A DNA stretch of 64,000 nt from the NCBI GenBank assembly GCA_964513515.1, contig CAZEMP010000001.1, positions 11,336 to 75,335 of the forward strand. The letters are read 5' to 3'. The notes beneath the pieces were generated by a model. That model did no database searches. It saw only the letters and a program-made list of their open reading frames with translations, and was not told where the DNA came from. Below, in pieces: positions 1 through 10,795 of this stretch. Position 1 is the stretch's first letter, and each line of letters starts with the position of its first letter. The DNA is from an uncultured Candidatus Saccharibacteria bacterium (GTDB lineage Bacteria; Patescibacteriota; Minisyncoccia; Phycocordibacterales; GWA1-40-21). The translations under genes were made by a program, and so were the position numbers.

Positions 1-1
1 T

Positions 2-262
2 ATGGGTTTTGATGAAGAAAAAATAGAAAGAGAGTATGGTCATATGCTCAAGGCATTTGAAGCTGGAACACCACCGCACGGCGGTATTGCTTGGGGACTT
101 GATAGATTTGTCATGATACTTGAAAATGAACCAAACATCCGTGAGGTGATAGCCTTTGCAAAAACTGGTGAAGGTAAAGATCTTATGATGAATGCACCAG
201 GGGAAGTATCATCTGAGCAGTTAAGAGATCTTGGGCTTGAAATAAAGAAAAAAACAAAATAA
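2..262 (+). CDS. aspS: aspartyl-tRNA synthetase, C-terminal fragment (class II aaRS motif 3)
   Basis: Partial ORF; translation GTPPHGGIAWGLDRFVMIL...IREVIAFAKT matches the conserved AspRS C-terminus (PPHGG..GLDR..M, IRDVIAFPK). Confidence 0.65.
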   Translation: MGFDEEKIEREYGHMLKAFEAGTPPHGGIAWGLDRFVMILENEPNIREVIAFAKTGEGKDLMMNAPGEVSSEQLRDLGLEIKKKTK

Positions 263-727
263 ATGGAAAATTGTATTTTTTGTAAAATTGCGAAAGGTGA
301 AATACCCTGTGTAAAGATTTGGGAAGATGAAAAGCATTTAGCATTTTTAGATTTAAGTCCAAATACAGAGGGTATGACTCTAGTTATGACTAAAAGACAT
401 TTTGATAGTGATGCAACCGATATGCCAGAAAAAGAATATTCCGACCTGATGCTTGCAGCAAAAAAGGTTTCAAAAATTCTAGAAAAAGGTTTAGATGTTA
501 AAAGGGTCGCAATAGTTATGGAAGGTCATGGGGTTAATCATGTTCATATAAGGCTCTACCCAATATATGGATTAGAGAAAAAGTTTATTGAAACATGGGC
601 TAAAGACAGAGTTTATTTTGATAAATACCAAGGCTATATTTCCACACAACTAGGTCCAGAAAAATCAACAAAAGAAAGGCAGGATATTGCAGATAAAATT
701 TTTAAAAAAATAAACACAAGGATATAA
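263..727 (+). CDS. HIT-family hydrolase (histidine triad)
   Basis: 154-aa ORF with HGVNHVHIRLYP histidine-triad motif; immediately followed by a paralog. Confidence 0.7.
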   Translation: MENCIFCKIAKGEIPCVKIWEDEKHLAFLDLSPNTEGMTLVMTKRHFDSDATDMPEKEYSDLMLAAKKVSKILEKGLDVKRVAIVMEGHGVNHVHIRLYPIYGLEKKFIETWAKDRVYFDKYQGYISTQLGPEKSTKERQDIADKIFKKINTRI

Positions 728-731
728 AAAT

Positions 732-1175
732 ATGCGAATGATACAAATGACCATAAATAGTAAAAATCAAGAAATGAAAAATAAACAATTAGAAAATTGT
801 GTATTTTGTAAAATGGTTAAAGGAGAAATGTCTTGTGTTAAGATTTGGGAAGATGAAAAGCATTTTGCATTTTTAGATTCAAATCCTATTATGGCTGGGC
901 ATACACTTGTCATACCTAAAAAACACACGGATTATGTATTTGATCTAAGCGATGAAGAATATGCTGAACTAATGTTAAAGTCCAAGAAAGTTGGAGTAAA
1001 TATAGGAAAGAAATTAGGACCAAAAAGAGTTGGTATCGCAGTTGAGGGTTTTGGTGTGCCTCATGTTCATATACACTTAGTACCAATTAATAAAGGATAT
1101 GAACTCAATCCATTAAATGCAAAACCAGCTAAGGTTAAAGATCTAGAAAAGATAGCAGAAAAAATACTAAAATAG
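732..1175 (+). CDS. HIT-family hydrolase, tandem paralog
   Basis: 147 aa; VPHVHIHLVP triad; the N-terminal CVFCKMVKGE...VKIWEDEKHFAFLD is clearly homologous to the upstream gene. Confidence 0.75.
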   Translation: MRMIQMTINSKNQEMKNKQLENCVFCKMVKGEMSCVKIWEDEKHFAFLDSNPIMAGHTLVIPKKHTDYVFDLSDEEYAELMLKSKKVGVNIGKKLGPKRVGIAVEGFGVPHVHIHLVPINKGYELNPLNAKPAKVKDLEKIAEKILK

Positions 1176-1176
1176 T

Positions 1177-1719
1177 ATGAAAAAAGAAATAATATTAAAA
1201 GGAAAAGGATTTACCATTAGACCTTATAGAAAGGATGATTATATTTCTTTAGCTAAAAATGCAAATAATAAAAAAATTGCTAAAAATCTTCTTAATGGTT
1301 TTCCGTCACCGTACACAGAAAAAAATGCAAAGGAATGGATAAAAATGAATATAAATAAATATAAGGAAGGTTTTTATTATAACTTTGTTATAGATGTTGG
1401 CGGTCTTGCTGTTGGTACAATTGGCGCTGGTTTAGTTGAAGAGAAGCCATTTATTATGTCTTTTGGTTATTGGCTTGGAGAAAATTATTGGAACAAAGGA
1501 ATTGTTTCTGAAGCAGCAAGACTTTATTTAAAGTACGCTTTCAAGACTTTTAGGGGTGTTGAAAGGATACAGGCCATAACTTATCTTTGGAACAAAGGTT
1601 CTCAGAGGGTTCTACAAAAGAACGGTTTTAAAATGGAGGGGATTTTAAGAAAATCATATTTAAAAGACGGTAAAATAATAGACAAATATATTTTTAGTAA
1701 ACTAAGAAATGACAGATAA
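1177..1719 (+). CDS. GNAT-family N-acetyltransferase (RimJ/RimL-like)
   Basis: 180 aa; acetyl-CoA-binding-like core (..RGVERIQAITYLWNKGSQRVLQKNGF..). Confidence 0.55.
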   Translation: MKKEIILKGKGFTIRPYRKDDYISLAKNANNKKIAKNLLNGFPSPYTEKNAKEWIKMNINKYKEGFYYNFVIDVGGLAVGTIGAGLVEEKPFIMSFGYWLGENYWNKGIVSEAARLYLKYAFKTFRGVERIQAITYLWNKGSQRVLQKNGFKMEGILRKSYLKDGKIIDKYIFSKLRNDR

Positions 1720-2437
1720 TCAATTCAAAATCAAAACAGAAATTTTTGAGGGGCCGCTTGACCTTTTGCTTTCTCTTATAGAAAAAAGAAAACTTATGAT
1801 CAACGAAGTTTCTTTAGCAAAAGTTACCGATGATTTTATTTCTTATATACAGAGCAAAGAGGTGTACTCAATAAAGGATACATCTAGCTTTTTGGTCATA
1901 GCTTCAACACTTTTACTTATCAAATCTAGATCACTTTTGCCTTCACTTGCACTATCTGAAGAGGAGGCAACTGATATGATGGATTTGGAATTAAAATTAA
2001 AGATTTATAAAAAGATTAAGGAGCTTAGTGTTTATATAAAGAAGAATTTTGGTGAAAGTATTATATTCTTTCCAAACCCTAGAAAAGCAGAACCTGTTTT
2101 TTCTCCAAGTCCAGAGATGAATAAAGAAAATATTTCAAATGCTATTTTTGACGTTATTAAAAATCTACCAAAGTTTGAAGTAAAACCAAAAATAAGAGTC
2201 GCTAAAGTTGTCAGTTTGGAGGAAATGATAACAAATCTTACAAAAAGAGTTCAAACATCATTAAAAATGAGTTTTAAGGATTTTTCAGGTATTGGTAAGG
2301 CAGAAAAAGTGAATGTAATAATTAGTTTTCTCGCTATGCTTGAGCTAGTGAAACAGGGTATAATAGAGGTCAATCAGAAAGAAAAATTTGAAGATATTCA
2401 TATGGAAACAAAGAATGTCGGGATACCAATTTATTAG
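1709..2437 (+). CDS. scpA: segregation and condensation protein A
   Basis: FEGPLDLLLSLIEKRKL N-terminus typical of ScpA; followed by scpB. Confidence 0.7.
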   Translation: MTDNQFKIKTEIFEGPLDLLLSLIEKRKLMINEVSLAKVTDDFISYIQSKEVYSIKDTSSFLVIASTLLLIKSRSLLPSLALSEEEATDMMDLELKLKIYKKIKELSVYIKKNFGESIIFFPNPRKAEPVFSPSPEMNKENISNAIFDVIKNLPKFEVKPKIRVAKVVSLEEMITNLTKRVQTSLKMSFKDFSGIGKAEKVNVIISFLAMLELVKQGIIEVNQKEKFEDIHMETKNVGIPIY

Positions 2438-2472
2438 GCGATAGCTTATTAGCTTTTAGGAAATACTAAAAA

Positions 2473-3075
2473 ATGCAAGAAGAAACAAAAATACAAATAA
2501 ATAAAAATGTTTTAGAAAAACAAATAGAAGCAGTACTTTTTTGGTATGGTGAGCCGGTTTCTATCAAGAAACTTTCTAAAATATTAGAAAGAACCGAAGA
2601 AGAGATTACAGCTTCAATTAAGGCACTTGAAATTAGTTTATCTAATAGAGGCATAGTGATTGTGTCTAAGGATGATGAAGTTACACTTGGCACATCAAAG
2701 GAAGCTTCCTCACTTATTGAAAAATTAACGAAAGAAGAGCTTATAAGAGATCTAGGTAAGGCAGGACTTGAAACATTGTCTATTATTATTTATCAAGGAC
2801 CATTAACAAGAGCTGAAATAGACTATATAAGAGGTGTTCAATCAAACTTTATTTTGAGAAATCTTATGATAAGAGGTCTAGTTGAGAAAGTTCCAAATCC
2901 TAAAGATCAAAGGAGTTTCCTATATAAGCCAACATTTGAAATGTTGAGTTTTATGGGAGTAACTAATATAGAAGAAATGCCAAGTTACAAAGAAGCACGC
3001 GCTGAGATTGAGAGTTATAAAAATACACAAGTTCAAACAGAAACAGTAAAAACAGAAGTAGCTGGAATAGAGTAA
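2473..3075 (+). CDS. scpB: segregation and condensation protein B
   Basis: 200 aa with ScpB-like winged-helix repeats (EAVLFWYGEPVSIKKLSKIL...); synteny with scpA. Confidence 0.7.
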   Translation: MQEETKIQINKNVLEKQIEAVLFWYGEPVSIKKLSKILERTEEEITASIKALEISLSNRGIVIVSKDDEVTLGTSKEASSLIEKLTKEELIRDLGKAGLETLSIIIYQGPLTRAEIDYIRGVQSNFILRNLMIRGLVEKVPNPKDQRSFLYKPTFEMLSFMGVTNIEEMPSYKEARAEIESYKNTQVQTETVKTEVAGIE

Positions 3076-3110
3076 TAATTTATAGTTTTTGATTATATCT
3101 AAAAAATTAG

Positions 3111-4040
3111 ATGAATTTTAATATTTACTTAAAAGAGAATAAGGACACAATAGTATCAGTAATTTTTCTATTAATTATCTTGTCTTTATTTCTTTATCCA
3201 AGATCAGAAAAAGAAATAGTATCATTAAAAACAAATCAAATTATTGAGAAAAATAAGACAGATTATCAGTCTTTTTTAAATGAGGTGGAAGCAAAATCTT
3301 TTTATGTTTATGATATTTTGGAAAAAAAGCCTATTTTCTCTAAAGATGAGCATGCCAAATTGCCGCTTGCATCAATAACAAAGCTGGTTGCTGGGTTGGT
3401 TGTCCTAGATATAATGCCTGAAACCACAGTTGTTACTATAACTAAAGATGACTTAGCTATGGAAGGAGATAGCAGATTATTTGTTGGAGAAAAATGGAAA
3501 CTAAAAGATTTGCTGGACTTTAGCTTAGTAACATCATCCAATGATGGAATGCATGCAATAGCTTCTACCTTAAATTATTATCAAACAGTAAATAATACTG
3601 ATACGATTAAAATAATGAATGAAAAGATTAAATCTTGGAATTTAAAAGACACTATTTTTATTAATGAGACTGGACTTGATATAGACGATAGTATGGGGGG
3701 TGCCTACAGTTCAGCATATGATGTAGCGATGATTTTGGAAAAGATCATAAGAGATAATCCTAGTTTAATATCAAGCACAAATAAACAAAAGGAAAATTTT
3801 GTATCTCAAAGTAATATTATACACGCAGCATCAAATACAAATGTTTCATTAAATGATATACCAGGTTTGATAGCTTCAAAAACTGGTTTTACAAATCTTG
3901 CTGGTGGTAATCTTGCTATTGTTTTTGATGCAGGTTTTATGCACCCTATAGCTATTGTTGTTTTGGGATCAACTATAGACGGAAGGTTTTCCGATATATT
4001 GAAGTTACAAAGAGCAGCTTTAGAAAAACTTTCAGAGTAA
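3111..4040 (+). CDS. D-alanyl-D-alanine carboxypeptidase (S11 serine peptidase) with N-terminal TM anchor
   Basis: LPLASITKLVAG contains the SxxK active-site motif; SSND (SxN) follows; cell-wall gene neighbourhood. Confidence 0.6.
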   Translation: MNFNIYLKENKDTIVSVIFLLIILSLFLYPRSEKEIVSLKTNQIIEKNKTDYQSFLNEVEAKSFYVYDILEKKPIFSKDEHAKLPLASITKLVAGLVVLDIMPETTVVTITKDDLAMEGDSRLFVGEKWKLKDLLDFSLVTSSNDGMHAIASTLNYYQTVNNTDTIKIMNEKIKSWNLKDTIFINETGLDIDDSMGGAYSSAYDVAMILEKIIRDNPSLISSTNKQKENFVSQSNIIHAASNTNVSLNDIPGLIASKTGFTNLAGGNLAIVFDAGFMHPIAIVVLGSTIDGRFSDILKLQRAALEKLSE

Positions 4041-4056
4041 TTTTATATTTTAAATT

Positions 4057-5130
4057 ATGGAGATTAATCTAATAAAGGTAATTTTATCTTCTGTTTCTAC
4101 GTTTATTATAGGTATTATTATTACACCAATACTTACTAAGTACCTTTATGAATATAAAATGTGGAAAAAGAAGGTAAAGAGCGTTTCTTTAGATGGAGGC
4201 GGAACACCTATTTTTAGTAACTTACATGCAGATAGGGAAATCAGCACACCACGTATGGGCGGAATAATTATTTGGGCTTCAGTTTCAATTGTTACAATAG
4301 GTTTTTGGATATTAGCAATTATTTTTGACGGAACTTTTTCTAAATTAGATTTTTTGAGTAGAGATCAGACATGGATACCGTTATCAGTTCTCATCCTGGG
4401 TGCACTTGTTGGTCTTATTGATGATATTCTAGAAATAAAAGGTATTGGCGACAACTATGCTGGGGGGCTGTCTGCTAAAAAAAGACTAATTTTTATAGGT
4501 GTAATATCTTTTTTAATTTCACTTTGGTTTTATTTAAAATTAGATATAAATAATATAAATATTCCATTTATTTCAGAATTAAATTTGGGATTATATTTTA
4601 TTCCAATTTTTATATCAGTAGTTTTGTTTATTTATTCAGGAGGGATAATCGACGGTATAGATGGGCTTGCTGGTGGGGTTTTTTCATCCATTTTCGCATC
4701 TTACGCCGCTATCGCCTTTTTTCAAAATCAAATTAATTTAGCAGCTTTTTGTGCGGCGATTGTAGGCGGCACATTAGCTTTTCTTTGGTTTAATATTCCA
4801 CCCGCAAGATTCTACATGTCTGAAACGGGAAGCATGGCACTAACGATTACTTTGGCGACAGTTGCATTTATGACAGATTCTTTGGGCGAGGGAAGAGGAA
4901 TTTTAGTTTTGCCAATTATAGCTTTTCCTTTAATAATTACATCTTTATCTGTGATTGCACAGATTTTATCTAAGAAAATCAGAAATGGTAAAAAGATTTT
5001 TATTTTAGCTCCATTACACCACCATTTTGAAGCTATGGGTTGGCCAGCTTATAAAGTCACAATGAGGTATTGGGTAGTTAGTATTATCTGCGCAATTTTT
5101 GGCTTGATTATAGCTTTAGTAAAAATATAA
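4057..5130 (+). CDS. mraY: phospho-N-acetylmuramoyl-pentapeptide transferase
   Basis: 357-aa polytopic membrane protein; DDxxD-like LIDDILE and C-terminal HHHFE motif; mraY-ftsW-murG order. Confidence 0.8.
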   Translation: MEINLIKVILSSVSTFIIGIIITPILTKYLYEYKMWKKKVKSVSLDGGGTPIFSNLHADREISTPRMGGIIIWASVSIVTIGFWILAIIFDGTFSKLDFLSRDQTWIPLSVLILGALVGLIDDILEIKGIGDNYAGGLSAKKRLIFIGVISFLISLWFYLKLDINNINIPFISELNLGLYFIPIFISVVLFIYSGGIIDGIDGLAGGVFSSIFASYAAIAFFQNQINLAAFCAAIVGGTLAFLWFNIPPARFYMSETGSMALTITLATVAFMTDSLGEGRGILVLPIIAFPLIITSLSVIAQILSKKIRNGKKIFILAPLHHHFEAMGWPAYKVTMRYWVVSIICAIFGLIIALVKI

Positions 5131-5211
5131 AACAGATTTTATATAAAAGTCTTTTTGTACTATGTTATAATAAGCTTGTTTATCAAGTAATTTATCGTAT
5201 TTTTTCTCTAG

Positions 5212-6330
5212 ATGTCCAATTCAAAAATAAAGGAAATTGATAAAGTTTTTCTATGGACTGTAATCACTCTTGTTATTATAGGTTTTGTTTTTTTTATATC
5301 AGCGTCAATGGGAATGCTTGCAAAAGACAACCTTCAATTTAGTTCTGTTGTATCAAGACAGATTTTTTTTGGAATAATATTTGGCTCAATAGCTTGTTTT
5401 ATTTTTTCAAAAATAGATTATAGAATTTACAATAAATATTCATCATTAATTTTTATTTTATCTATTATAATAACTTCTCTTGTTTTTGTTCCTGGTCTCG
5501 GTACGGATTTAAATACTTTTGCTAAAAGATGGGTATCCATCTTCGGATTTACTTTTCAGCCGGTAGCCATATTAAATATTGGTTTTATAATATATTGGTC
5601 AGCTTGGCTTTCTTTTATTAAAGAAAGAGTTAGTACTTTTAAATACGGTTTTTTACCACTCTTAGTATTAATATCGATTGTTGGTGCACTTCTTTTAAAA
5701 CAACCAGATACTGATTCATTTTTGATTCTCTGTTTGACTGCAGCCGCTATGTTTATAGTTGCGGGTGGTAGAAAAAGATATATAGCAGCACTAGCTCTAA
5801 TCGGTTTTATTGCTTTGATTGTTCTTGCTTTTAATAGGCCATATATAATGTCTAGAATACAAACTTATATAAATCCAGGAGAAAATTCTCAAACATCAGG
5901 TTATCAGATTCAACAGTCACTAATAGCCGTAGGTTCTGGACAAGTTTTTGGTAGAGGTTTAGGCCAAAGTATTCAAAAATATAAATTTTTACCAGAATCA
6001 ATAAGTGACACAATTTTTGCTGTTCTTGCAGAAGAAGGTGGTTTCGTATGGAGTGTTATTGTGATAGGACTCTTTCTTTTTTTTGTATTCCGTGGATTAA
6101 AAATAGCTATAAAATCGCCAGATTTATTTGGTGGACTTTTGGTGGTAGGAATTGTTATACTAACTGTACTGCAATCTTTTATAAATATTGCTTCAGTATT
6201 GGGAATTATACCATTTTCAGGCTTGCCACTTGCTTTTTTTAGCCAAGGAGGAACAGCAATGCTTATGGTTCTGGTTCAGATAGGGATCGTTTTAAATGTA
6301 TCAAAGTTTTCTAAATCTTTAAGATTTTAA
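5212..6330 (+). CDS. ftsW: SEDS-family cell division/elongation protein (FtsW/RodA)
   Basis: 372-aa polytopic membrane protein; conserved SEDS segment ...PESISDTIFAVLAEEGGF... Confidence 0.75.
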   Translation: MSNSKIKEIDKVFLWTVITLVIIGFVFFISASMGMLAKDNLQFSSVVSRQIFFGIIFGSIACFIFSKIDYRIYNKYSSLIFILSIIITSLVFVPGLGTDLNTFAKRWVSIFGFTFQPVAILNIGFIIYWSAWLSFIKERVSTFKYGFLPLLVLISIVGALLLKQPDTDSFLILCLTAAAMFIVAGGRKRYIAALALIGFIALIVLAFNRPYIMSRIQTYINPGENSQTSGYQIQQSLIAVGSGQVFGRGLGQSIQKYKFLPESISDTIFAVLAEEGGFVWSVIVIGLFLFFVFRGLKIAIKSPDLFGGLLVVGIVILTVLQSFINIASVLGIIPFSGLPLAFFSQGGTAMLMVLVQIGIVLNVSKFSKSLRF

Positions 6331-6342
6331 TAAAATAATTGT

Positions 6343-7473
6343 ATGAAAATAATTTTAACAGGAGGAGGTACCGGTGGACATTTTTATCCGCTCATTGCAG
6401 TGGCAGAAGCAATAAATAAAACCGTAAAAGAAGATAGGCTCCTACCAGCAAAGATGTATTACTTATCTGACTCTCCGCATGATCCGGATATGCTTTTGGA
6501 AAACAGTATAGAATATATAAATATTTCTGCAGGTAAGGCTAGAAGATATTTTTCAATATTAAATTTTCTGGATTTTTTCAAAATTATATTAGGAACGATA
6601 GAGGCTACAATAAAAGTTTTTAATATATATCCAGATGTAATTTTTAGTAAAGGTGCAGGTTCTAGTTTTCCGGTTTTGATGGCAGCTAGATTACTTAAAA
6701 TTCCGGTTATTATTCATGAATCTGACAGTGCGCCCGGCAGAACCAATCTTTGGGCATCAAAATTTGCAAAAAGAATCGCTGTTTCTTATCCAGAAGCTAC
6801 GAAATATTTTGACTCCTCAAAAGTGGCGGTTACAGGTAATCCGGTAAGGAAAAATATACAAGTATTACCAAGCAGATCAGACTCTAGGAAGTTTTTAGGG
6901 TTTGAAGAAAATATACCGGCGGTACTTATTCTTGGCGGATCCTTGGGTGCAAGAATTATCAACGATCAAATATTAAGTATTTTACCAAAACTTGTTGAAA
7001 AATATTACGTGATACATCAGACAGGAAAAGCAAATATTCAAGATGTTTCAGGTACAGCAGATGTTGTATTACATGACAGTAATTTCAAGTATAGATATAA
7101 AAGTTTTGATTATTTAAACAATTTAAACATGAGTATGTCAGCTGGAGCATCAGATCTTATAGTATCAAGGGCAGGATCAGCAATATTTGAAATAGCTCAT
7201 TGGGGTATACCAAGTATTATTATTCCTATTACTGATACAAACGGAGATCATCAAAGACAAAATGCTTATAATTATGCAAGATCTGGCGGCGCTATTGTCA
7301 TTGAGGAATCAAACTTATCTCCAAATATTTTGCTCTCAGAAATCAACAGAATATTTGACGATAAGAATTTAATGAAAAAGATGGGTGATGGTGCAAAAAG
7401 TTTTATAAAAACGGATGCATCAGATCTTATTGCGCGTGAGATTGTTAGAATCGGTTTACAACATGAAAAATAA
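6343..7473 (+). CDS. murG: UDP-GlcNAc--undecaprenyl-PP-MurNAc-pentapeptide GlcNAc transferase
   Basis: N-terminal GGGTGGHFYP glycine-rich loop typical of MurG; synteny. Confidence 0.8.
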   Translation: MKIILTGGGTGGHFYPLIAVAEAINKTVKEDRLLPAKMYYLSDSPHDPDMLLENSIEYINISAGKARRYFSILNFLDFFKIILGTIEATIKVFNIYPDVIFSKGAGSSFPVLMAARLLKIPVIIHESDSAPGRTNLWASKFAKRIAVSYPEATKYFDSSKVAVTGNPVRKNIQVLPSRSDSRKFLGFEENIPAVLILGGSLGARIINDQILSILPKLVEKYYVIHQTGKANIQDVSGTADVVLHDSNFKYRYKSFDYLNNLNMSMSAGASDLIVSRAGSAIFEIAHWGIPSIIIPITDTNGDHQRQNAYNYARSGGAIVIEESNLSPNILLSEINRIFDDKNLMKKMGDGAKSFIKTDASDLIAREIVRIGLQHEK

Positions 7474-7478
7474 TTATT

Positions 7479-8819
7479 ATGGAATCTAATAGTAAAATAG
7501 TAACTAGATTTGCACCAAGCCCAACAGGGTTTCTTCATATAGGTGGAGCAAGAACAGCTCTATTTAATTATTTATTTGCTAAGAAAAATAATGGAAAAAT
7601 AATTTTGAGAATTGAAGATACAGATCTTGAAAGATCAAAAAAAGAATATACTGAAGGAATAATAAAGGCATTTAATTGGCTTGGATTTAAGTTTGATGAT
7701 GTCGTTTTGCAATCTGATAATTTTGATACACATAAGAAATATATAGAAAAACTTATAAAAGAAGGTAAAGCTTATGTTTCAAAGGAGGAAGTTAAAGTAG
7801 AAGGTCAAAGGGCAGAGGTTATTAGGTTCAAAAATTCAAATATAAAAGTTACATTCAATGATTTGATTAAAGGTGAGGTTAGTTTTGATACAACTGAACT
7901 TGGAGACTTTATAATTGCTAAAAGTTTGAATGAACCAATCTTTCATCTTTCAAATGTAGTAGACGACATAACAATGGGTATTACACATGTAATAAGAGCT
8001 GAAGAGCATCTTTCAAATACCCCAAGACAAATATTGATTTGGGAGGCAATTGGTGAGAGACCAAGACCGATCTATGCCCATATGCCACTCATATTATCTG
8101 AGTCTCGCGAGAAGCTTTCAAAGAGAAAGCACGGTGAGTTGGTATCTGTTGAATATTACGAAAAGATGGGTTATTTGCCAGAGGCAATGATCAACTTCAT
8201 TGCATTTTTGGGTTGGAACCCGGGAACAGAAGAAGAGTTTTTCTCCATGAATGAGCTTATAGAAAGATTTGATATTTCAAAAGTACAAAAGGCTGGTGCA
8301 ATATTCAACCAGGATAAATTGCTTTGGTATAACAAAGAATATATCAAAAAATTGCCAAAAGAAAGCATTATTCTCGAAATGAAAAAACGATTTCCTGAGG
8401 ATTGTCATGATATGAAAATTATTGAAAAAATCGAAAATACAATATCAGAAAGGATAAATATTTTCTCTGATATAGATAAAATGGTACAAGACGGTGATAT
8501 TCAGTATTTTTTTCACGAACCAAAACTTTCTAAGGAAATGATTGTTTGGAAAAAGGGCGGAACACTTGAACAAGCAAAGGAAAATTTGTCTTTAGTTTTG
8601 AATATTTTAAATGAGATATCTGAAGAAGATTTTAATGCCGATACATTAAAAGTGGAATTAATGAAGCTAGCAGAAGAAAAAGGGAAGGGGAACGTTCTTT
8701 GGCCACTTAGAGTTGCCTTATCTGGTAGAGAAAAATCCCCAGATCCGTTTAGTTTGTTATCAATTTTTGGTAAGGAAGAATCAATAAAGAGAGTTAAATC
8801 TGCGACAGATTTTATTTAA
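7479..8819 (+). CDS. gltX: glutamyl-tRNA synthetase
   Basis: FAPSPTGFLHIGGARTALFNYLFAK (HIGH region) and KLSKRK (KMSKS) motifs. Confidence 0.85.
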   Translation: MESNSKIVTRFAPSPTGFLHIGGARTALFNYLFAKKNNGKIILRIEDTDLERSKKEYTEGIIKAFNWLGFKFDDVVLQSDNFDTHKKYIEKLIKEGKAYVSKEEVKVEGQRAEVIRFKNSNIKVTFNDLIKGEVSFDTTELGDFIIAKSLNEPIFHLSNVVDDITMGITHVIRAEEHLSNTPRQILIWEAIGERPRPIYAHMPLILSESREKLSKRKHGELVSVEYYEKMGYLPEAMINFIAFLGWNPGTEEEFFSMNELIERFDISKVQKAGAIFNQDKLLWYNKEYIKKLPKESIILEMKKRFPEDCHDMKIIEKIENTISERINIFSDIDKMVQDGDIQYFFHEPKLSKEMIVWKKGGTLEQAKENLSLVLNILNEISEEDFNADTLKVELMKLAEEKGKGNVLWPLRVALSGREKSPDPFSLLSIFGKEESIKRVKSATDFI

Positions 8820-8826
8820 CTTTTAA

Positions 8827-10140
8827 ATGATTAATACTAAAGAAAATATAATCTATTTGTACAAAAGGGAATTAGTAACTACATTTTTTGTATTTCTATT
8901 TATATTATTTTTTAGTAATAATTTTGCTTTTTCAGCTACAGAGGAAGAATTAAGAAATCAGATACAAAAAGTTACAGAAACAAAAGTTCAATTAGAGCAA
9001 GAAATATCTAATTATGAAAAAGAATTGAAACAAATTGGGGATGAGACTGTCTCACTTAAAAATACAATAAAAGCTTTAGATGCTACTATTAATAAAAACT
9101 CATTAGATATTAAACTTACGCAAAATAATATAGATAAGGTTACTCTTGAAATTGAAGAATTATCTTTAAATATAGTTAAAGGTGCAAATACCATAAATAA
9201 GAACACAAGGGCTATAGCATCTCTTTTAAGAGAATCAAATACCTACACGGAATCTTCTCTTATAGAAAACTTATTAACATATAAGAATCTATCTGATTTT
9301 TGGAATGAGCAACAAAACATAGCTATTATTCAAAATGAAATAAGAGAAAAAACGGTTGAGATTAAAAATGAAAAAATTGTATTAGAAAATAACAAAACTA
9401 AGACTGAAAAAAAGAAGAGAGATTTATTGAATCTCAAATTTAGCTTGTTAGATAAAAAGAAAATTTTAGATTTAACAAAGAAAGAAAAAAATCAATTATT
9501 AATTGAGACAAAAAATTCTGAATCAAATTATAAAAAAATACTTGCAGATAAAAGAGCGTTGGTTGAAGCTTTTGATAAAGAACTTTTACAGTTTGAGTCA
9601 CAATTGAAATTTTCTATAGATAGAAACAGCTTTCCATCCACTGGAAAGGGAATATTATCTTGGCCATTAGATAATGTTAGAATTACTCAAAGGTTTGGTA
9701 TGACTGAATTTGCAAGAACTACGAATTATTACAATGGGAGAGGACATAACGGTGTGGATTTCGGTGCCTCTATGGGTACAGATGTTAAAGCGGCCTTAAG
9801 TGGAGTGATTAAAGGGGCTGGAGATACTGATATGACATGTCCGAATGCATCATTTGGTAAATGGGTTTTGATTGAACATGCAAATGGTCTTTCTACTATA
9901 TATGCACACCTTTCTTTGATAAGAGTTAGCGCTGGGCAAATAGTAACAACAGGGGATGTTATAGGGTATTCTGGTAATACAGGATATTCAACAGGTCCGC
10001 ACTTACACTTCGGAGTTTATGCGACTCAAGGTGTAAAAATAATGAGTAGAAAAAGTGTATCAGCTGCTTGTAGTGGTAGAACATATGTCATGCCTATCGC
10101 AGATTTGAGAGCTTATTTAGACCCTTTGCAGTACTTGTAA
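8827..10140 (+). CDS. M23-family peptidase with N-terminal TM segment and long coiled coil (EnvC-like)
   Basis: Coiled-coil rich N-terminal half; C-terminal HNGVDFGA...GNTGYSTGPHLHFGV M23/LytM motifs. Confidence 0.7.
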   Translation: MINTKENIIYLYKRELVTTFFVFLFILFFSNNFAFSATEEELRNQIQKVTETKVQLEQEISNYEKELKQIGDETVSLKNTIKALDATINKNSLDIKLTQNNIDKVTLEIEELSLNIVKGANTINKNTRAIASLLRESNTYTESSLIENLLTYKNLSDFWNEQQNIAIIQNEIREKTVEIKNEKIVLENNKTKTEKKKRDLLNLKFSLLDKKKILDLTKKEKNQLLIETKNSESNYKKILADKRALVEAFDKELLQFESQLKFSIDRNSFPSTGKGILSWPLDNVRITQRFGMTEFARTTNYYNGRGHNGVDFGASMGTDVKAALSGVIKGAGDTDMTCPNASFGKWVLIEHANGLSTIYAHLSLIRVSAGQIVTTGDVIGYSGNTGYSTGPHLHFGVYATQGVKIMSRKSVSAACSGRTYVMPIADLRAYLDPLQYL

Positions 10141-10215
10141 AATTATTGTAAAATAAGCGTTATAAGAAAATTGTACGAATTATTACGAATCGTTACGAAT
10201 AATTAATAAACTCAA

Positions 10216-10461
10216 ATGAATAAAGGATTAATAAAAACAATTATATTAATAGTTATTGCACTCATTGTACTTGGATATTTTGGTTTTGATGTTGCAGATA
10301 TTGTTAATAGTCCTACTGTTCAGGCAAACCTTACGAATACTTGGAACTTCGTATTAAAGATTTGGAATAATTATCTAGCAACCCCTGTAATGTATGTTTG
10401 GAATACTTTTGTAGTCGGAGTGCTTTGGAAGCTAATTCAAGCTGGTTCTGGTATCAACTAA
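10216..10461 (+). CDS. small hypothetical membrane protein
   Basis: 81 aa, two predicted TM helices; followed by hairpin terminator at 10504-10527. Confidence 0.4.
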   Translation: MNKGLIKTIILIVIALIVLGYFGFDVADIVNSPTVQANLTNTWNFVLKIWNNYLATPVMYVWNTFVVGVLWKLIQAGSGIN

Positions 10462-10503
10462 AAGGTTCTAAGGGGTCAATTGAATGATGTAAGTATCATG
10501 TAA

Positions 10504-10527
10504 AAGACCGCGCAAGCGGTTTTTAAC
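10504..10527 (+). terminator. intrinsic terminator (ACCGCGCAAGCGGT + T-run)
   Basis: GC hairpin followed by TTTTTAAC directly after the 10216-10461 ORF. Confidence 0.5.
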
Positions 10528-10795
10528 ATTTAATAAAGTTTTCTTAAATTGATTTAACAAATATATATTTTGAGGGAAGTCTAGATTAATTTTTACTAAT
10601 TTAATTTATTAATTATTTAATAAAGAAATAAAAGGGATTATAAATAAGCACAGAGCATCTTAACAGTTATTGTATAAGAGTGGTTTCTTCCTATACAACG
10701 TCGCAAAAGATATATTGTCCGACACTGCTATGGTAAGCGCGCCTATTCTTCCCCGTACCTTTTATACACTAGAATGTTTACGAAGATATAAAACA

